NCBI GenBank assembly: GCA_963422205.2 | Contig: CAXMWX010000011.1 | Coordinates: 132,686 to 196,685 of the forward strand | Source of the DNA: Gammaproteobacteria bacterium | GTDB lineage: Bacteria > Pseudomonadota > Gammaproteobacteria > Eutrophobiales > Eutrophobiaceae | Direction of reading: 5' to 3' | Length of the DNA stretch: 64,000 nt | In this document: piece after piece, positions 32,714-42,472 of the stretch | How the letters are laid out: every line of letters begins with the position of its first letter | How positions within the stretch are numbered: the stretch's first letter is position 1 | The notes under the pieces: generated by a model | The model's input: the letters and a program-made list of their open reading frames with translations, nothing else | Database searches by the model: none | What the model was told of the DNA's origin: nothing | Position numbers and translations under genes: made by a program

Positions 32714-33508
32714 ATGAATCCGCTGAAGGCGATCATCTTCGATATGGACGGCACCCTGGCAGAGACGGAAGAGATACACAGACAAGCCTTCAACATCGCC
32801 TTTGCCGAATTTGACCTGCCACTGAACTGGAGCATCCCCCAGTACCGGCGGTTGCTCTCTATATGCGGCGGCAAGGAGCGCATACGCCTTTGCCTGAAGG
32901 CCGAGGGCAGCAGCATCCCTTATCAGCATGTGCAGCTATACGAATTTGCCGAGCGGATTCATGCCCGAAAATCTGCCATCTATCGGGAAAAACTGCGGCG
33001 AGGTGAGGTGCAACTTCGCCCCGGCATAAAACGGCTGCTACAGGAGGCCAGCACGGCGGGGGTAAAACTGGCCATCGCCACCGCCTCGTCCAGCGAAAAC
33101 GTGGCTACCCTGCTGGAAACAACAATGGGGAAGGCGGCTGATCGGCTGTTCGCCACCATCGCCAGCAGCGACATCATTGAAGATAAAAAACCCTCACCGG
33201 TGGTGTATCAGTTCTGTCTGGCCAAGCTCGGCCTTGAAGCCGCCGACTGCATTGCGATTGAAGATACGGGCAACGGTAACCTGGCCGCACGGCGGGCGGG
33301 TTTGAAGACCATCATCACCACACACAATCTAACCATTGACAACGACTTCAGCGGCGCCAGCCTGGTGGTAAATCACCTGGGCGAGCCCGGGCTGCCATTT
33401 ACCGTCAGCAGCGGCGATGCGCTGGCCGCCCGCTACGTTGACCTTGCGCTGTTATGCCGACTGTTGATGAACGAGACACCGGCAAGCCACAGCAGCCACC
33501 TGAACTGA
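32714..33508 (+). CDS. cbbY: HAD hydrolase, CbbY-like
   Basis: FDMDGTLAETEEIHRQAFN, GGKERI, LRPGI, KKPSP, IED. Confidence 0.75.
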   Translation: MNPLKAIIFDMDGTLAETEEIHRQAFNIAFAEFDLPLNWSIPQYRRLLSICGGKERIRLCLKAEGSSIPYQHVQLYEFAERIHARKSAIYREKLRRGEVQLRPGIKRLLQEASTAGVKLAIATASSSENVATLLETTMGKAADRLFATIASSDIIEDKKPSPVVYQFCLAKLGLEAADCIAIEDTGNGNLAARRAGLKTIITTHNLTIDNDFSGASLVVNHLGEPGLPFTVSSGDALAARYVDLALLCRLLMNETPASHSSHLN

Positions 33509-33590
33509 CCATGGGTAAGCCGGATAAAACCCCGCCTGGTAAGGAATCGCTGGCGCATCCCGCACGTAATCATCATCAACAACGATCACC

Positions 33591-34526
33591 ATGACACTCA
33601 CTGAGCTTCGCTACATCGTTGCCGTCTCACAGCAGATGCACTTTGGCAAGGCGGCGGCCGCCTGTTTTGTCAGCCAGCCGACGTTAAGCGTGGCGGTGAA
33701 AAAACTGGAGGCGGAATTAGGCGTACCAATTTTTGAACGGCATCAGCATGAAATCACCATCACCCCCACCGGCAAACGCATCATAGCCCAGGCCGTTAAT
33801 GTGCTGGAACAGGCGAATGCCGTCAAACTGATTGCCGAGGAGGGTAAAGATCCACTGCGAGGTCACCTCAAGCTGGGCGTGATTTATACCATCGGCCCGT
33901 TTCTTCTGCCCCAGCTTATCAGCCAGCTGACCGCCCGGGCGCCGGATTTAAATCTCATCATCGATGAGGACTTCACGGCTAATCTGGCCGAGAAACTGCG
34001 CCAGGGCGAGCTGGACATGGTGATTTTATCAGAGCCGTTCAGCCTGCCCGGCATCAACACCCGGCTGCTGTACCGGGAGTCTTTTACTGTGGTGCTGCCG
34101 CTGGCACACCCGTTAGCAAAAAAGCGCCGGATCAAGGCAGATGATCTGCTTGACGACACCTTGCTTTTGCTGAAAAGCGGCAACTGTTTTCGTGATCAGG
34201 TCATGGCCGCCTGCCCGGCCTGCAAGAGCGATGCGTTTTCCAAAACCAGCATCCAGAAAACCCTGGAAGGCAGCTCGATTGAGACGATACGACAAATGGT
34301 GGCTGCCGGTTCCGGGGTGACTGTCATCCCCTCCACGGCGGTCAGCAAGTACGATGGATTTGCTCATCTTGTTGCCTACCGACCGTTCGCCAGACCAGAA
34401 CCCCGGCGGGATATTGTGCTGGCCTGTCGCAACTCCTACCCCAGGGAGAAACTGGTGGGGCTTATCGCCGAGGTGATCACGCAGTGTGAGCTGCCCGGCG
34501 TTACACACGCAAAGCGCTTACTTTAA
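33591..34526 (+). CDS. oxyR: H2O2-responsive LysR regulator OxyR
   Basis: MTLTELRYIVAV HTH; redox pair GNCFRDQVMAAC (C-x8-C); GSSIETIR. Confidence 0.9.
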   Translation: MTLTELRYIVAVSQQMHFGKAAAACFVSQPTLSVAVKKLEAELGVPIFERHQHEITITPTGKRIIAQAVNVLEQANAVKLIAEEGKDPLRGHLKLGVIYTIGPFLLPQLISQLTARAPDLNLIIDEDFTANLAEKLRQGELDMVILSEPFSLPGINTRLLYRESFTVVLPLAHPLAKKRRIKADDLLDDTLLLLKSGNCFRDQVMAACPACKSDAFSKTSIQKTLEGSSIETIRQMVAAGSGVTVIPSTAVSKYDGFAHLVAYRPFARPEPRRDIVLACRNSYPREKLVGLIAEVITQCELPGVTHAKRLL

Positions 34527-35915
34527 TACCAAAAATGCCGCCAGATTACCGCGCAACACCCGTAGCAGCAGGGCGCCCTGCGGGTTATCAACCGCCGTTA
34601 AAAAATCGCGCAAGTCACGCACATCGCGACGATTCACAGCAGTAATCACATCCCCCGGACGCAAGCCGGCATCCCAGGCTGCCGTGTCCGGCTGCATATC
34701 GACAATCACCACGCCCCTCACCTCGCCGTAGAGCCGGTGTGTACGATCAATCTCACTCAAGGTGACGCCCTTCAGCCGGGGATTGACGGCCTGCCCGATG
34801 GCTTCGGGGGGGGGGTTGGCAGCTGCGGCTGAATTGGCGGCAACGTAGGCTGTCAGCTTCAGCTTGCCGCCACCTCTGAGGAGATCGAATTCAACGGCAT
34901 CATTGACTTGCAGCAGGCCAATATGATTACGCACATCGCTGGCCTGTTTAACCGGCTTGCGGTTGATGGCGATGATGATATCGCCGGCCTGTAGGCCCGC
35001 TTGCCCGGCAGGTGAGTCCGGCAAGATACTGTTTATCACCGCGCCCGATTTCTGTGTGATACCAAAGGCTTCCGCCAGGTCGGGATTCAAATCCTGCACC
35101 CGGATGCCAACAAAACCGCGCTCGACTGTGCCTTTGTTCAGCAGTTGATCGGTGATCTGTAACGCCAGGTTGATGGGGATAGCAAAACCGATACCGATAT
35201 TGCCACCGGTTCTGGAGAAAATCGCGGTATTGATGCCCACCAGCTCGCCCCTCAAATTCACCAGCGCCCCGCCGGAGTTGCCTGGATTGATGGAGGCATC
35301 GGTCTGAATAAAATCCTCATAACCTTCTATGCCAAGACCGCTGCGACTGAGCGCACTGACGATACCGGATGTCACCGTCTGCCCCAGGCCAAACGGATTG
35401 CCGATGGCAACCACAAAATCACCGACACGCAGCTTGTCCGAATCACTGCTCGGCAGCGCCACCAGATTATCAGCCGCTATCTTGATCAAGGCAACGTCCG
35501 TCTCCGGGTCTGTGCCGATCTTCTCGGCCTGGAACTGTCTGCCATCTCGCAGGGTGACCGTGATCTCGATGGCGTTTTTGACCACATGGTTATTGGTCAG
35601 CACCAGACCACGCGCCGCATCCACAATGACTCCCGACCCCAGGCTTTGGGTCTTGCGCTGAAGCGGCTGATCGGGCATGTTAAAAAAACGACGGAAGAAG
35701 GGATCATTAAACAGCGGATTTTGTTTCAGCTGGATACGGCCTTCGGTGGCGATATTAACCACAGCCGGGGTTATGCGTTCCAGCATCGGCGCCAGGCTGG
35801 GCAGGGCCTTATCATCCACCGCCTGTGGCAGGGCGGCGGCAGCACCAGAGGCTGCAAACAGCATGGCCAGAGAGGCAAAGATACGGGGCAATTTACACAG
35901 CATGTCTATCTGCAT
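34518..35915 (-). CDS. degQ: Do/DegQ serine endopeptidase with two PDZ domains
   Basis: LGSGVIV, TNNHVV, IQTDASINPGNSGG. Confidence 0.9.
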   Translation of the reverse strand: MQIDMLCKLPRIFASLAMLFAASGAAAALPQAVDDKALPSLAPMLERITPAVVNIATEGRIQLKQNPLFNDPFFRRFFNMPDQPLQRKTQSLGSGVIVDAARGLVLTNNHVVKNAIEITVTLRDGRQFQAEKIGTDPETDVALIKIAADNLVALPSSDSDKLRVGDFVVAIGNPFGLGQTVTSGIVSALSRSGLGIEGYEDFIQTDASINPGNSGGALVNLRGELVGINTAIFSRTGGNIGIGFAIPINLALQITDQLLNKGTVERGFVGIRVQDLNPDLAEAFGITQKSGAVINSILPDSPAGQAGLQAGDIIIAINRKPVKQASDVRNHIGLLQVNDAVEFDLLRGGGKLKLTAYVAANSAAAANPPPEAIGQAVNPRLKGVTLSEIDRTHRLYGEVRGVVIVDMQPDTAAWDAGLRPGDVITAVNRRDVRDLRDFLTAVDNPQGALLLRVLRGNLAAFLVLK

Positions 35916-35929
35916 TGAAATCTACCGGG

Positions 35930-35956
35930 TCAGCGCATGGTGCGATGTTGAAGTTC
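35930..35956 (-). promoter_or_regulatory. Putative sigmaE (RpoE/AlgU) promoter of degQ
   Basis: Minus strand GAACTT-N16-GCTGA versus consensus GAACTT-N16-TCTGA. Confidence 0.65.
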
Positions 35957-35985
35957 AGGCACCGATGGCAGGCTAGTATGCCAGA

Positions 35986-36013
35986 TAAAAAAGGCGGGTA
36001 GGATACCCGCCTT
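35986..36013 (-). terminator. Rho-independent terminator after hsp20
   Basis: Stem AAGGCGGGTA/TACCCGCCTT followed by a T-run on the minus strand. Confidence 0.8.
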
Positions 36014-36027
36014 GATGTAGGCAACGC

Positions 36028-36483
36028 CTAGCCTTTGACAGTGATTTTTCGAGGCTGAAGTTTTTCCTGCTTGGGGATGACGATCTGCAACACCCCGTCC
36101 CGGCTCTCTGCCTCGATGTTCTCTGCATCGGTGCTGTCAGGTAAGCTGAAGTAGCGCCGGAATTCACCCTGCGAGCGCTCCAGCCGCTTGTAGCCTCGAT
36201 GTTGCTGCTCGTTACTGTGGCGGCGCTCTCCCTTCAGCGTCAACACACCGCCATCCATCGTCACCTCAATGTCCTTGACATCCACGCCCGGCAGATCAGC
36301 ATAGATCACATAACGGCTGTCTTCCTCTTTGATGTCCACGGCTGGCCGCCATTGACTGGCCGTATCTGCCATGTCCTTGCCAGCATCATTGAAGAACTGA
36401 TACATCAGGCTCTGCGGGGAGAGAGCCCCATCAAACCTGTCAAACAGGCTGAACGGTTCATATCTGACTAATGACATTTTCAT
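36028..36483 (-). CDS. Hsp20 small heat shock protein
   Basis: WRPAVDIKE, ADLPGV, ERSQGEFRRYFSLP, GVLQIVIPK; GGAGG RBS. Confidence 0.95.
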   Translation of the reverse strand: MKMSLVRYEPFSLFDRFDGALSPQSLMYQFFNDAGKDMADTASQWRPAVDIKEEDSRYVIYADLPGVDVKDIEVTMDGGVLTLKGERRHSNEQQHRGYKRLERSQGEFRRYFSLPDSTDAENIEAESRDGVLQIVIPKQEKLQPRKITVKG

Positions 36484-36515
36484 TACCTCCTGAACTGTGA
36501 TTGACTTGATTTCCT

Positions 36516-36543
36516 ATATTGGGATGGGCAGATGGATTTCAAG
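36516..36543 (-). promoter_or_regulatory. Putative sigma32 promoter of hsp20
   Basis: Minus strand CTTGAA-N14-CCCAATAT. Confidence 0.8.
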
Positions 36544-36595
36544 AGTGCAGCACCTGAATGGCTGGCGATTGCACAGACACAGTTAAGATGCGGCT

Positions 36596-37276
36596 TCAAA
36601 CATAATACGCACTGCGGGTCATCAGCCGGGCACACAAAGTCATCGCCCGCTTGATGATGGTCGGCAGTTCTTCGCCGCCGGCATGGGCGGCTGTGGCCGC
36701 ATGATGGGCTTCGTCCTGTTTGATTTGTTCCAGGATAGCGCGGCTCTTAACGTCATGTGCTGGCAGCAGCGCCAGGTGTTCATCGAGATGAGCTTCAACC
36801 TGCCGCTCGGTCTCCACAACAAACCCCAGGCTCCATTTATCCCCACACAAGCCGACCAGGGCGCCCAAGGCAAACGAACCCCCATACCAGGCCGGATTAA
36901 GATAGCTGGTATGGCTGTTCAAGCTGTGGAGGCGCTCAGCACACCAGGCCAGATGATCGCCCTCCTCCCGTGCCGATTGCAGCAGGCTATCCCTTATGGC
37001 TGGCTGGCGCGCAACACTGGCCTGACCGTGATAAAGCCCCTGGGCAGCCACCTCGCCTGCATGGTTGATACGCATCAGCCCGGCGATGTGTTGTCGCTCC
37101 CCGGCTGTCAATGGTTTTTCATTTGCCGTTGCACTTTCCGCTGTACTTGCCTCGGAAGATGGGGCGGACGGTGTCGGCCTGCCGCTGACCTCTCGTGCCG
37201 GTACCAGCCGGCCCAGGAGACGGTCAACCCGCAGGATAAGCTGATCTGTCAGGTCGTAGGCTCGCTTGTGCATCAT
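36596..37276 (-). CDS. coq7: Demethoxyubiquinone hydroxylase Coq7
   Basis: GLMRINHAGEVAAQGLY, EEGDHLAWC, ETERQVEAHL, DEAHH; start trimmed to MMHKR. Confidence 0.92.
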   Translation of the reverse strand: MMHKRAYDLTDQLILRVDRLLGRLVPAREVSGRPTPSAPSSEASTAESATANEKPLTAGERQHIAGLMRINHAGEVAAQGLYHGQASVARQPAIRDSLLQSAREEGDHLAWCAERLHSLNSHTSYLNPAWYGGSFALGALVGLCGDKWSLGFVVETERQVEAHLDEHLALLPAHDVKSRAILEQIKQDEAHHAATAAHAGGEELPTIIKRAMTLCARLMTRSAYYV

Positions 37277-37317
37277 CACTGGATTGTTCATAAAAGCCAC
37301 GGCCAAGTCCAGTGTTA

Positions 37318-37346
37318 TTGACAGCCACCTGCGCTCGCCGTAGTAT
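37318..37346 (+). promoter_or_regulatory. sigma70 promoter of rplM-rpsI
   Basis: TTGACA-N17-TAGTAT. Confidence 0.8.
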
Positions 37347-37381
37347 GCCTTCCTTTTTGGCAGTGATACACAGGACGGGCG

Positions 37382-37810
37382 ATGACAACCTATACGGCAA
37401 CCCCCAAAGACATCACACGGGATTGGTATATTATTGATGCCAGCGGAAAGATACTTGGCCGGCTGGCAACCGAGATAGCCCGCCGCCTGCGGGGTAAACA
37501 CAAGCCCGAATATACCCCGCACATGGACACCGGAGACTATATCATTGTCATCAACGCCAGAGAGGTCGCCGTCTCCGGCAACAAGGCCACCGGCAAGCTG
37601 TATTATCGCCACTCCGGCTATCCGGGCGGCTTGAAGACCATCAGCTTTGAGAAACTGCGGCAGAGAAAACCGGAACGGCTGATCGAGGCCGCCGTCAAGG
37701 GCATGTTGCCCAGGGGGCCGCTTGGCCGGGACATGTTCCGCAAGCTGAAAGTATACGCTGATGCCAACCACCGACACGCTGCCCAGCAGCCCCAACCCTT
37801 AGATATATAA
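37382..37810 (+). CDS. rplM: 50S ribosomal protein L13
   Basis: [31 protein letters not shown]. Confidence 0.98.
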   Translation: MTTYTATPKDITRDWYIIDASGKILGRLATEIARRLRGKHKPEYTPHMDTGDYIIVINAREVAVSGNKATGKLYYRHSGYPGGLKTISFEKLRQRKPERLIEAAVKGMLPRGPLGRDMFRKLKVYADANHRHAAQQPQPLDI

Positions 37811-37827
37811 GCATGGGAGATATCAAC

Positions 37828-38220
37828 ATGGCTGAACCGACCTATTACAGCACCGGGCGCAGAAAAAATGCCAGCGCCCGGGTCTTCCTGAAACAGGGCA
37901 GCGGCAGTATTACCATCAACAACCGCCCGCTGGAGCACTACTTTGGCCGTGAGACAGGCCGTATGGTGGTGCGGCAACCGCTGGAGACAGTCGAGATGGC
38001 ACATGATTTCGACCTCAACATCACCGTCAGCGGCGGCGGTATCTCCGGCCAGGCCGGCGCCATACGTCATGGCATCAGTCGTGCGCTGATTAAATACGAT
38101 GAGGCATTACGCAAACCGTTGCGTCTGGCGGGCTTTGTCACCCGTGATGCCAGGGCGGTAGAGCGAAAAAAAGTCGGGCTGCACAAGGCCAGAAAGCGAC
38201 CGCAATACAGCAAGCGCTGA
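37828..38220 (+). CDS. rpsI: 30S ribosomal protein S9
   Basis: [26 protein letters not shown]; 130 aa from MAEP. Confidence 0.98.
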   Translation: MAEPTYYSTGRRKNASARVFLKQGSGSITINNRPLEHYFGRETGRMVVRQPLETVEMAHDFDLNITVSGGGISGQAGAIRHGISRALIKYDEALRKPLRLAGFVTRDARAVERKKVGLHKARKRPQYSKR

Positions 38221-38316
38221 TTCTTAAATCTCGGCAAATCCTTATCTCGGCAGGCAGCATCATCAGCACACGGCCCGTGTCAACCCGGCGGCAGATCGCT
38301 GCCCGTGCAGGATAAA

Positions 38317-38390
38317 TGGGGGCTCGTCTAATGGTAGGACAGCAGACTCTGACTCTGTACGTGGGGGTTCGACTCCCTCGCCCCCAGCCA
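38317..38390 (+). tRNA. tRNA-Gln (anticodon CTG)
   Basis: TGGGGGC acceptor stem paired with GCCCCCA, GCAGA-CT-CTG-AC-TCTGT anticodon arm, GTTCGA T-loop, encoded CCA. Confidence 0.96.
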
Positions 38391-38470
38391 TATAAATCCC
38401 AAGGCTAAACCCCCCAAGCCGGTTGACGTGCCCCGGTTGACATGCCGAACAGAGACAGAAAAACAGACGG

Positions 38471-38953
38471 CTATAAATGCTCAAGAATGTTCTCAGCCGA
38501 GCTCACCTTGAACGCCATCGGCGCTTCAATGTGTAACTGACTGATCGTGCCATCTTCTACCACCATGGCAAAGCGCTGGCAGCGTGTGCCCATACCAAAA
38601 CCGCTGGCATCAAGCGCCAGACCCAAGGCCTGAGTATACTCAGCATTGCCATCCGCCAGCATCAAGATGGCATCCCCCACATGGGCATGGCTGCCCCAGG
38701 CATCCATAACAAACGCATCGTTTACGGCCATACAGGCGATGGTATCAACCCCCCTGGCCTTGATCTCGGCGGCTTTTTCAACAAAGCCGGGCAAATGCTC
38801 CTGGGAACATGTTGGCGTGAAGGCGCCCGGCACGGCAAATAACACCACCTTCTTGCCGCCAAATAACTCCTCGGTGCTGAGCGAGCCGGGGCCATCGGCA
38901 TTCATCACGGTAAACCGCCCCTCAGGGGCCTTCTCTCCTGCTTGTACTGTCAC
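38471..38953 (-). CDS. Peroxiredoxin (Prx5 type)
   Basis: VPGAFTPTCSQEHLPG, VNDAFVM; TATAAT and GGAGG upstream. Confidence 0.94.
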   Translation of the reverse strand: MTVQAGEKAPEGRFTVMNADGPGSLSTEELFGGKKVVLFAVPGAFTPTCSQEHLPGFVEKAAEIKARGVDTIACMAVNDAFVMDAWGSHAHVGDAILMLADGNAEYTQALGLALDASGFGMGTRCQRFAMVVEDGTISQLHIEAPMAFKVSSAENILEHL

Positions 38954-39062
38954 GGTAACACCTCCACGTTAAGGATCATGATTTTGCGGGCGGGCATTAT
39001 AGCCGAACCAGCGCAAAAGTTGTGATGTTTCTCCTCCCCGGCTGGTCGGCAGGCTGGCACAC

Positions 39063-39926
39063 ATGAGATACACTAATATACACAAATCGCCTACCATGAA
39101 TGATTGCCAACCTTTGGATGCTGAGTTGATGAGAAGACTGCGAAAAATCATCTATTACCTGAAAAAATCACATAACCCTGTGCTGAAAAGCCTTTTGCAT
39201 CTGATCCTGGCGCTCTACCGACTGGTTGACCTCCTGTTCTTGAAAAAAGCGACTAAGCTGGATCGAACAGCCGAGAATATCGTATCGAAAGACAGAAAAT
39301 TCTGTTGCGTTGTCGTGCCCAAATGCGCCTCCCGCACACTGCTCTATAATATTAGGGATGCAGCTAAGGACAAGGGTTTCTCTTATACGATTGGGAGAGC
39401 CAAAATCGCCCGCCTTATCAACAGGCACGCAGGCTATTTCCATTTCACTTTTGTGCGAAGCCCCTGGGCGCGGGCCTATTCCTGCTACAAGCAAAAGATC
39501 CTTAGGCATGATCCGATCAGTGATGCGCTGTATTTCACGGGCCGCAGCGGGCTGCACGGTAAGATGAGCTTCCGGGATTTCGTGGTTTGGCTAGGCAGCA
39601 GCGAAGGCCGGGACGATTGCGCCAACCGGCACTGGGCCTCTCAGCATCTTGTCCTCGGCATGGACCTGGGCATGAAATATGACTTCATCGGCAGGCTGGA
39701 GACCATGGATCGCGATTTGGAAATGGTGACCAACCACCTGGGCATTGGCATGGACTATTTTACCAGGATTCGGAACAGATCATCCCGGCAGGACGAATAC
39801 CTTGAGCATTACGATGAGGAACTGATTGCCATCATCGCACGCCGATACGCCAGGGATATTGAGATATTCGGCTATCAGGCCCCGCAGCTGCCAGCGGCTA
39901 ATCCACCGACACAGGCCGAACCCTAA
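39063..39926 (+). CDS. Sulfotransferase family 2 protein
   Basis: 5'-PSB VPKCASRTL, 3'-PB FTFVRSPWARAYSCY, HWASQ, YDFIGRLE, YARDIEIFGY; start uncertain. Confidence 0.85.
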   Translation: MRYTNIHKSPTMNDCQPLDAELMRRLRKIIYYLKKSHNPVLKSLLHLILALYRLVDLLFLKKATKLDRTAENIVSKDRKFCCVVVPKCASRTLLYNIRDAAKDKGFSYTIGRAKIARLINRHAGYFHFTFVRSPWARAYSCYKQKILRHDPISDALYFTGRSGLHGKMSFRDFVVWLGSSEGRDDCANRHWASQHLVLGMDLGMKYDFIGRLETMDRDLEMVTNHLGIGMDYFTRIRNRSSRQDEYLEHYDEELIAIIARRYARDIEIFGYQAPQLPAANPPTQAEP

Positions 39927-40067
39927 GATAACAGCCGGCCACCAGTCCAGCTATGGACATTAATCGCAAAGCTATTTATTCTTTAGTTACGTTCACTTAT
40001 GTGCTAGTTCTAAAAACTACTATACAGTTATACAATACATGTTCTCAACACTGGATGGGGTGATGCC

Positions 40068-41786
40068 GTGAGTTTTACGAAAAAAATGATCCTGATTGTT
40101 GTGACCCCGATGCTGTTTATCATGCTAATTATCATCAGCGATCAACTCATCATACGGAATATCCAGATGACGCTTGTAGAGATCGAAGATGAGTTGCCCA
40201 TCAGCCAATCTATCAGCACCATTCAGGCAAAACACATTGAACAATTAGTCTGGCTGGAGCGCTCCCTGCTCGCCATTGAGGTAGAGGACACGGAAGTCGT
40301 GGCACAGGCAAATAAAACGTTCGACCGGCTTGGCATCCAGGTAAAACAGCTTTTGGGCAGTATTATCGATAGCCTGAATGTGCGTATAGAGAAAGATGAG
40401 TTGAGTGATATGGAAGAATTGCTGACAACGACTGAGAACATACAACGCCGTTACGATCGTTTTTACGATCGAGGGAGAACGCTGCTTGAGGAGATTGACA
40501 CAGGCAACATCATCGAGGCAGAAATCCTGCTGCAAAGCATGGGAGAGGAGGCTGACAAATTAAATACAACGCTGGAGAACACCAACAATCTGCTGTCCAC
40601 CAAAATGCTGACCACCACCCATGCGGCCAGCGAATATGCCCAAAGGGCCGTCATCTTCTCCTCTTTTATGGCCGTATTCGTGATGTTGACCTCATTTATT
40701 CTGGTATTTTTGATTGTCCGCAACGTCATGCAACAACTGGGCGCCGACCCGAAAGTATTGGCCGGTATTACTGAGTCTTTTGCCGGGGGTGACTTGAAGA
40801 CCGAAAAAAACACGGCTTCCAGGGGCGTGTTAGCCTCGGTCTACTCCATGATTGACACCCTGCATCAAGTCATCTTCGGCATCAAGACCGGGGCCGAGGA
40901 GGTGAGCCTGGCGGCTGAGCAGGTCTCTCAGGGCAACACCAACCTAAGCCAGCGGACACAGGAACAGGCATCCTCGCTGGAGGAAGTGGCCTCCAGCATG
41001 GAAGAGATGATGAGCACGGTGACACAAAATGCAGAGAATGCCCAGCAGGCGAACCAACTGGCCGGTGCGGCCCGGGAGCAGGCCGAGAAAGGCGGCCAGG
41101 TCGTGAATGAAGCCGTCTTGGCGATGGGCGAAATCAACACCTCCAGCAAACAGATTGCCGATATCATCGGCGTGATCGATGAGATCGCCTTCCAGACCAA
41201 CCTGCTGGCATTAAATGCCGCCGTGGAGGCCGCCCGTGCTGGCGAGCAGGGCCGGGGGTTTGCGGTGGTCGCCTCGGAGGTGCGTAATCTTGCCGGGCGC
41301 AGCGCCACCGCCGCCAAGGAGATCAAGGCGCTGATTCAAGACAGCGTGGACAAGGTCTCGGCGGGCACGGCGCTGGTGAATGAGTCCGGCGATGTGCTGG
41401 AGGAGATCGTCATGTCGGTGAAGAAGGTCAGCGACATTGTGGCCGAGATCGCCGCAGCAAGCCAGGAGCAGACCGAGGGGATAGGCCAAGTCAACAAGGC
41501 GGTGCTGGGCATGGACGAGATGACGCAGGAAAACGCCTCGCTGGTAGAAGAAGCCGCGGCGGCGGCAGAGGCGATGGGCGCACAGGCCGCCGAATTAAAG
41601 CGTCTGGTCTCGTTCTTTCGCCTGCAAAACGAGGAAGCCAAGCTGGCATCTCATCCGGCAGAAGCCGAGGTTGTAGAACCGGTGGCAGAAAACCCCAAGG
41701 TGGCCGCCCGGCCCTTGCCTGACGGCAGACGAAAGACCGCCCTGCCCCTGCACGGCGATGATGACAGTGAATGGGAAGAGTTCTGA
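40068..41786 (+). CDS. Methyl-accepting chemotaxis protein with C-terminal EWEEF pentapeptide
   Basis: Two TM helices, helical periplasmic sensor, [30 protein letters not shown]. Confidence 0.95.
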   Translation: MSFTKKMILIVVTPMLFIMLIIISDQLIIRNIQMTLVEIEDELPISQSISTIQAKHIEQLVWLERSLLAIEVEDTEVVAQANKTFDRLGIQVKQLLGSIIDSLNVRIEKDELSDMEELLTTTENIQRRYDRFYDRGRTLLEEIDTGNIIEAEILLQSMGEEADKLNTTLENTNNLLSTKMLTTTHAASEYAQRAVIFSSFMAVFVMLTSFILVFLIVRNVMQQLGADPKVLAGITESFAGGDLKTEKNTASRGVLASVYSMIDTLHQVIFGIKTGAEEVSLAAEQVSQGNTNLSQRTQEQASSLEEVASSMEEMMSTVTQNAENAQQANQLAGAAREQAEKGGQVVNEAVLAMGEINTSSKQIADIIGVIDEIAFQTNLLALNAAVEAARAGEQGRGFAVVASEVRNLAGRSATAAKEIKALIQDSVDKVSAGTALVNESGDVLEEIVMSVKKVSDIVAEIAAASQEQTEGIGQVNKAVLGMDEMTQENASLVEEAAAAAEAMGAQAAELKRLVSFFRLQNEEAKLASHPAEAEVVEPVAENPKVAARPLPDGRRKTALPLHGDDDSEWEEF

Positions 41787-41963
41787 GCATCGCAACTGCC
41801 GCATCAATATCCGATGATTAGCATCTACAGGCCAGGATGCTGACAGAGAAACACCGGGTAACGCCAGGTCAGGGTGGTGCTTGTTAGCTGTCTGATGCCT
41901 GTGTTCAAGTGACACGTGCTGGTGCATCCGCCGCAAGCGACAGCCTCGCCCTGTCGCTTGATC

Positions 41964-42320
41964 CTAGAGTTTGAAATGAAATTTCAAATAGGCCTTGGCA
42001 ATTTCGACCGGTTCGCTGTCAACCATGCAGGTTTGAAACCTGGTCTTCATCACCGCCCGCATACCCGCCCGGTCAAACGTCCCCGTTGGCTCTGACTCCA
42101 CCACTTTCACATCCTTCGCCTTGCCATCGACACCAATGGAAAATTCCAGGGCAACATACCCTTCAATACCCCGCTCTCTGGCCCTTTTCGGGTAATTTGG
42201 GTCCGCTTTTTTCAGGACTTTAATATCCGCTACGGTACACTCTTGGGCAAACAATGACGGGGCAGACAACAGCAGTGCACCACCAACAAGACAGACACAT
42301 CCGCATAATGATTTCATCAT
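41964..42320 (-). CDS. TonB C-terminal-domain-only protein with signal peptide
   Basis: PNYPKRARERGIEGYVALEFSIGVDG...FDRAGMRAV; signal ending SLFA-QE. Confidence 0.85.
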   Translation of the reverse strand: MMKSLCGCVCLVGGALLLSAPSLFAQECTVADIKVLKKADPNYPKRARERGIEGYVALEFSIGVDGKAKDVKVVESEPTGTFDRAGMRAVMKTRFQTCMVDSEPVEIAKAYLKFHFKL

Positions 42321-42472
42321 GTCATACTCGCTTTATCTCTACACAATCCACGTTGTTGTATTGATCTTGACCCTAATCATAGCTGATACCCGTAGCATTA
42401 CGCCACGGCTGATGTGCAATATTTGTAATATATTTGTTATTTTCCATACACGACTGATCAATGCATGCCCTG

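Noticed and set aside
37277-37795. The 399-aa ORF suggests an N-terminally extended Coq7
   Set aside because: The extension is the antisense frame of rplM and spans its promoter; Coq7 homology begins near 37276
39973-39984. TATTTATTCTTT shared between the MCP and cysI upstream regions
   Set aside because: A low-complexity match in AT-rich spacers, likely due to chance
38317-42470. Integrative island at tRNA-Gln
   Set aside because: No integrase and no convincing direct repeat of the tRNA 3' end were seen
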